A stretch of 64,000 nucleotides of DNA, taken from the NCBI RefSeq assembly GCF_009914755.1, contig NC_060925.1; one strand, given 5' to 3'. The notes beneath the pieces are model-generated. The model had not been told where the DNA came from. It did not search any database and was given only the letters and a program-made list of their open reading frames with translations. Below are positions 58,820-64,000 of this stretch, piece after piece (within the stretch, counting starts at the first letter, position 1; each line of letters starts with the position of its first letter). This DNA is from the human T2T-CHM13v2.0 reference genome, Homo sapiens. Both the position numbers and the translations under genes were made by a program.

Positions 58820-59134
58820 TTTTTTTTTTCTTTTCTTTTTTTTTTGAGATGGAGTTTCATTCTGTCACCCACGCTGGAGTGCAGTGGCACAATCTCAGCT
58901 CACTGAAATCTCCGTCTCCTCAGTTCAAGCTATGCTCCTGCCTCAGCCTCGCGAGTAGCTGGGTAACTGGGATTACAGGCGCCCATCACCATACCCAGCT
59001 AATTTTTTTATTTTTAGTAGTGACGGGGTTTCATCATGTTGGCAGGCTGGTCTGGAACTGCTAACCTCAGGTGATCTGCCCACCTCAGCCTCACAAATTG
59101 CTGGGATTTTAGACATGAGCCACTGCACCCAGCC
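58820..59134 (-). mobile_element. Alu (AluS-like)
   Basis: Poly-T plus reverse dimer; small internal duplication gtagctgggtaactggg. Confidence 0.95.
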
Positions 59135-60924
59135 TCCTTTATTTCAATAGTATTTCAGAAGTATGTTGAATAAATGGACTAAAATGAATTTTATAGTTAC
59201 AGCAATCTGATAATAATTATGTAAAAAGTCTGTGAAAGACCAAGTGACCTGGGAAATAAGACGGCTTTCCTGGATGAGAATGGTTTGCAAGTTTTTCCAA
59301 TCCTGAAATAACCAATAGAAGGAATGCCAAGGAACTGGCCCTTCTCTTACTCTTTAGCGTATTGACTACAGCTTGATTGACTGTGCTGTAGGTATTAGAC
59401 AATTTTAGAATCATTACATAAATCAGCATGCCTCTCATATTAAAAAAATTTTCTTTTACATTGATGAATGCTTGTCTTCCTTCTTAAGAAAAAATAAATA
59501 AATATCTACATCCTAGCAAACATACAGTGTGTTTTAAAACTGCTAGCAAATAACCTACATAATTGGACAGCCCATTATCTTGATTATTATTGTTACTTAA
59601 CACAGATATAGCACTTGCTTCAAATGGCATTCACTCAAAGTAACTGACAAGCATTAATTACTTAATGTGTTCATGTTCTTTATGGAGAAGTTAAATATAG
59701 TTGAGTATATATCTGAGGACACACACATAACACACACACTCCCAGGATTAATAGAGAGTCCAAGGAAATGTCTGTTGATTGCTAAATGTGTATATAATAA
59801 TGTCTATATAATTCCCAACAAATGGATATCAGTCTTCATTTCAGGAATACACTTTCAGTAACAACGTTTATAATCACTTAGCCACAGTTTTAGTAAAAAA
59901 ATTATTTTAGTCAGAAAGTTCTTTACAGTTAAATTTTTATGATAATTTTAATCCATTTTTTCTTCCAGAATAACAGAGTATCCTTTATGTTGTCTTCCGT
60001 GAACGATGCCTTCAGGTCCCCCCATATTGATATCCTTGGTGTCAGAGCAAATAAATTGAATAAATAAGTAAAAGACAAAAATCCCTTTTCCACTTCCTAA
60101 ATATACATTCATAAGAGACTAGAGGGCCAGTGTTATCAATTATTTTCTTCTTCCCCTCAATGTATTAGCATATTCTCTAGAATGATGTGCATGTGCTGAT
60201 GAACAAAGTCAACTTCCTCCTCTGGGTTAGTTACAGTGTATACCCAATTAGTGTCTCAGGTATTTTTCCTATCAACATGGCAGAGCACCCAAATACACCT
60301 GGATTTAATTGCCCTTACCTTCATTTGTCAATATTTTCTCTAACTTTGGTGGAAGTTGTTATTCTGTGTCACCGAAGGATCCGTCAGGGTGTGTAGAGTG
60401 AAAATAGTAATAGTTAGTGGTTATTCATTCCTTGCTTATTAGGATCTCTAGATCCAAAGTCTCTAACTTCAAACTGTCAACATAAGCATCGTACATCTAA
60501 GCTATTTCTGTCTGAATGTACCATGTAGACCATTCTATGTCACATATATATTTATGACACTTTAACTGAATTATTACTGTCTTACAAGTGATCAACATTG
60601 CAGTTTACAAAAGATAATAGAAAAGATGAAACTTTCCCTCCTGAGTCTCATCTATTACACAAACCCGAGCTAGATAGGCAATAAATACTATAGGCTGCCA
60701 GAAGGCTGGGAACTAAAATTATAGTAGTGCAATAAACCAGGGTGGTATGGTCAGTCCCAGAGGAGAGGCTTCTATAACATTGAGAGATAAGGTTTACATA
60801 GAAACAAAAGTGTTCCATAATCTATTCTAATATCGTGTCTATTTTATTCTGGTGTTCTTTCAGGTAGCTTTTACTCTGTGGTGAATTCTTTTTAATTAAA
60901 TTCTAGTTATAATTTGAAACCATC

Positions 60925-61078
60925 TAGGCTTCTTTTCTCTGAAAATCTGATGAAAGACATGGGTCATCTACACAGATAATGCACACATACAAATAAGCAC
61001 AGAATTTTAGATATTTATGTATAATGCCTATCCAAAGACTTCATAAATGATTCATAAAACATGTGTTAAAAACCCCTA
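60925..61078. mobile_element. MER103-like hAT-Charlie MITE
   Basis: tgaaaatctgatgaaagacatgg...aatgcacacatac...gttaaaaacccct. Confidence 0.6.
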
Positions 61079-61804
61079 TACTTTATACAACGTAAGAAAA
61101 AATAAATTTACTATTTCATCTAATGCTGATAATAGACTAGAAGATTTCTACCTGAAATCAATTATTCTTTTATGATTTAGTTTATATATAATACCTCTCA
61201 TTCTCCTAAAGTGTTAAGGATCTACAACTTTAATCCATGTGTAGTATTCTATAGTTTTGTATATTTTATACTATTATTCATTTATCGGCTTATAAAAACT
61301 CTGGTAAAAATTTTGTGTTAGAAATAATGCTGACTTCTGAAATGCACTTAATACTTTGTACCAAGAGAACCATTTTTATATTTCACTTTTAATGTTTTTC
61401 ACATTCTGGAAGTATTGTTAAGATCCTTTGTTTTTAAAATGGACATGATTGAGGGCAACTGTAATCTATGCATGTGAGACTACAAATGCAATAGCAGCCC
61501 TTGTGAGAACATCCATGTGTATGAGCTTTGTAGCTCTTACTTTAATTTATAGAGTCTGTGATTGCTCTACTTTGCCTCCTACATGTTTGGATTTCTTGAA
61601 TTCCTTATTTGAAAGAACTACCCCATACATGATGGCTATTCCTTCCTCTGAGCTACGTGATTGTACAAAAATATACCTACTGTAAAAATGGGAATAAAAA
61701 TGCAGGAGTTATAAAAGGCATTGGTTAATGTTAATGTATAATTATATAATAGTGAGGTGCTATTAGAGTGGAGAGAAGTATTAGTAGCTATTCCATTTAT
61801 CCAT

Positions 61805-62315
61805 TTATCGATTCCATTTATATATTATTGGTGTTAAACAAGCCATCCCATAACTGAGTGGCTTGAAACCACAACTCATTATCTCTTATGGTTTTGTGGT
61901 ATGCCTGCTTTTAGCTAGGTAGTTTCATCCGGGATCGCTCAAGTGTTTGTAGACAGATAGCAGCTGGGACTGAAGTCATCTGAAGGATGGGCTGGGCTGA
62001 CCATGGACACTCCCTGTTGGCCCATTGCTTAGCCGGAGTTGCCAATTGAGCACCTCTGTGTTATCTCACTCTGTGTGATGAGGGAATCCTCGCATCACAG
62101 TAGTTGGAGTTCTTACATGGGGTCCTAGGACTCAAAGATAAAAGGTGGAAGGATCCAGGCCTCTTATAAAAGGCTAGCCCATAACTAGAATAGTTTCATT
62201 TTGCTGTAGATAAAGCAAGCTGTAGGCAAATAAGGCCAACCCAGATTCCAGGAGAGGTAAATAAGACTCCACCTTTTAGTGGAAGGAATTTTTGAAAATG
62301 TGCTTTAATCTCTTA
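61805..62315 (-). mobile_element. Old MLT1 (F/G/H-type) MaLR LTR
   Basis: agtggcttgaaaccacaac...gcagctgggactgaagtcatctgaagg...aaggccaacccagattccaggagagg...agactccacct. Confidence 0.75.
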
Positions 62316-63944
62316 TAGAAGCCATTTAAATAATTCCCAGAGATGAGCAGCATTGACAAGCTGTAAGAACAGGGATTTCTAATACTATATTTTAGATTGC
62401 TAACCTTGCTGTGATGTGCTAAGTTACCTCTAACTCCCAGAATTTTCCTTAGGTTGCCACACACACATATATAAAATTTGTGGATAATTAAGGGTGAAAG
62501 TATTTAAAGGAAGCATAGCTTGTCTCACATTCACCACTTTGTTACTGAAAAAAGAATGGCATCCTATGAAGAAGACTGTGTCCAGGGCATTCAGATCATG
62601 AAAAGCAGCCAAATGAACAATGAGACATGATGGGGTACATAAAGAAGTCCATATAAATCTTCATCATATAGAATCTTAAACACAATATAAAATATTTGAG
62701 AGTTTCTGAAGTAAAGATCCCAGGTAAATCTTGTTCATACCAGTTGTTCCCATACTAATTTGACATAGATTGGTCACACTTTCTCTGTCTCTCTTTATTT
62801 CTCTCTCATTTAATTTTTTCCTAACAACTATCAATATCTAACAGCTTCCTAAAGACACTTTGAAAAATGCTGCATAGTAAATATAACAGAGAGTGTGTTG
62901 ATTTAATAAAGAAAAATATCTTTGGATTACAGCTTCTGAGATAGATTTAATAAAGGAAGTAGGAAACTAGCAGAATCATTAATAAACTTGTTTTAGAAAA
63001 GAAGTGGAGAAATTCTGCTAGATGGGATAGAAGAGATTCGTCTAGTCCTAGAGTTTTCTTCAGCAGGCCCTAAGATTTTCCTGGAGATATGTCAGAGAGG
63101 ACCAGGAAGGAAGTGGACAGAAAAGTAAGCAGGTCTCTACACTCTAATTTCTTAGCAAACATCCCAAAACACTCAGTTAATACCTCTTCACTGTGAAGAG
63201 TTAAATAATAGATTTCATTTGAAATGGTAATGGTGATAAAAGGATGAAGAAGAAAGAAAGGACAGGAGTGGGAGGAGGAGGAGGACAAAGTTCATTCAAA
63301 AATTCAGTGGCACAATCAGAAATAGAACAAAGATCCTCTGTCTTTGAGACGAGGCTGTTCTAGTCTTCTACATGATCTCTGAGGAGGGGAAATTCTGAGA
63401 TCAAGAGAAAGTTAGGTTGTGGTCAGACTGTTAGCAATCTTACATTTTAGGATAAGAATTTTTGTCATTACTCTTAAAGATTTAAAAAATTTTACAAATA
63501 TATCTTAGCAGGAAACAGAATTTAATTTTTAAAGGAAGATAAAATGCTAGTAGCTCAAGATAAAATTAAAGATAAAAATATTGCAATTCAGAAGAAAAAT
63601 ATTTAAATAAATAGACTGGTTTATGTAAACAGTTCCAGCAAGAGGTAGTGAATGATAGGACTCTATGAATTCCAAGCTGATTGACAGGTAAGCAGAAAAA
63701 GCAATACATTTTTGGCCTTGAAGTTCTTATGAAACTTTCTTAATGTCATTCTATTTGATCATTAACTCTTTATTAAAAAATTCAACAACTTAATTTTAAG
63801 TCCTGATTGTAGAAATTTGGTTCAGTTGCTGCTATTTATGTATAAGTATTATATCTCTAAATTAAAAATATTTACTGCTCTTTTTTAAAAAAATATTTTT
63901 TGTTAAATTACGGCATCTTCTTAAATGCTTTTTATTAATAATTG

Positions 63945-64000
63945 TTTACATTTATAATTGGCACATAATAATTGCTCATATTTATATACAGTATGATGTT
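63945..64000 (-). mobile_element. L1MA-type 3' end, cut by the window edge
   Basis: taattggcacataataattgctcatatttat...cagtatgatgtt. Confidence 0.6.

Overview
Primate (very probably human) AT-rich, CpG-depleted genomic DNA, most likely deep intron or intergenic. No recognisable cellular protein-coding gene, RNA gene or CRISPR array. The window is dominated by interspersed repeats: 11 Alus, a ~5 kb L1PA7/8-type LINE-1 with an internal deletion that fuses ORF1 in frame to ORF2, older L1M/L2/MIR remnants, many solo LTRs (MaLR and ERV types, several nested with readable target-site duplications), DNA-transposon relics and microsatellites. Apart from the L1 ORFs, the ORF track is Alu-, LTR- or chance-derived. 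I find no evidence of a new gene system. The most unusual signal is a recurring set of local template-switch scars: two inverted copies of nearby sequence pasted into other repeats (20770-20850 and ~50345-50488), a fold-back insertion in a THE1 LTR, a duplicated L1 deletion junction and a palindromic mosaic repeat. There is also one well-formed candidate exon (37857-37980). Repeat subfamily names come from my recall of consensus sequences and need RepeatMasker/Dfam confirmation.
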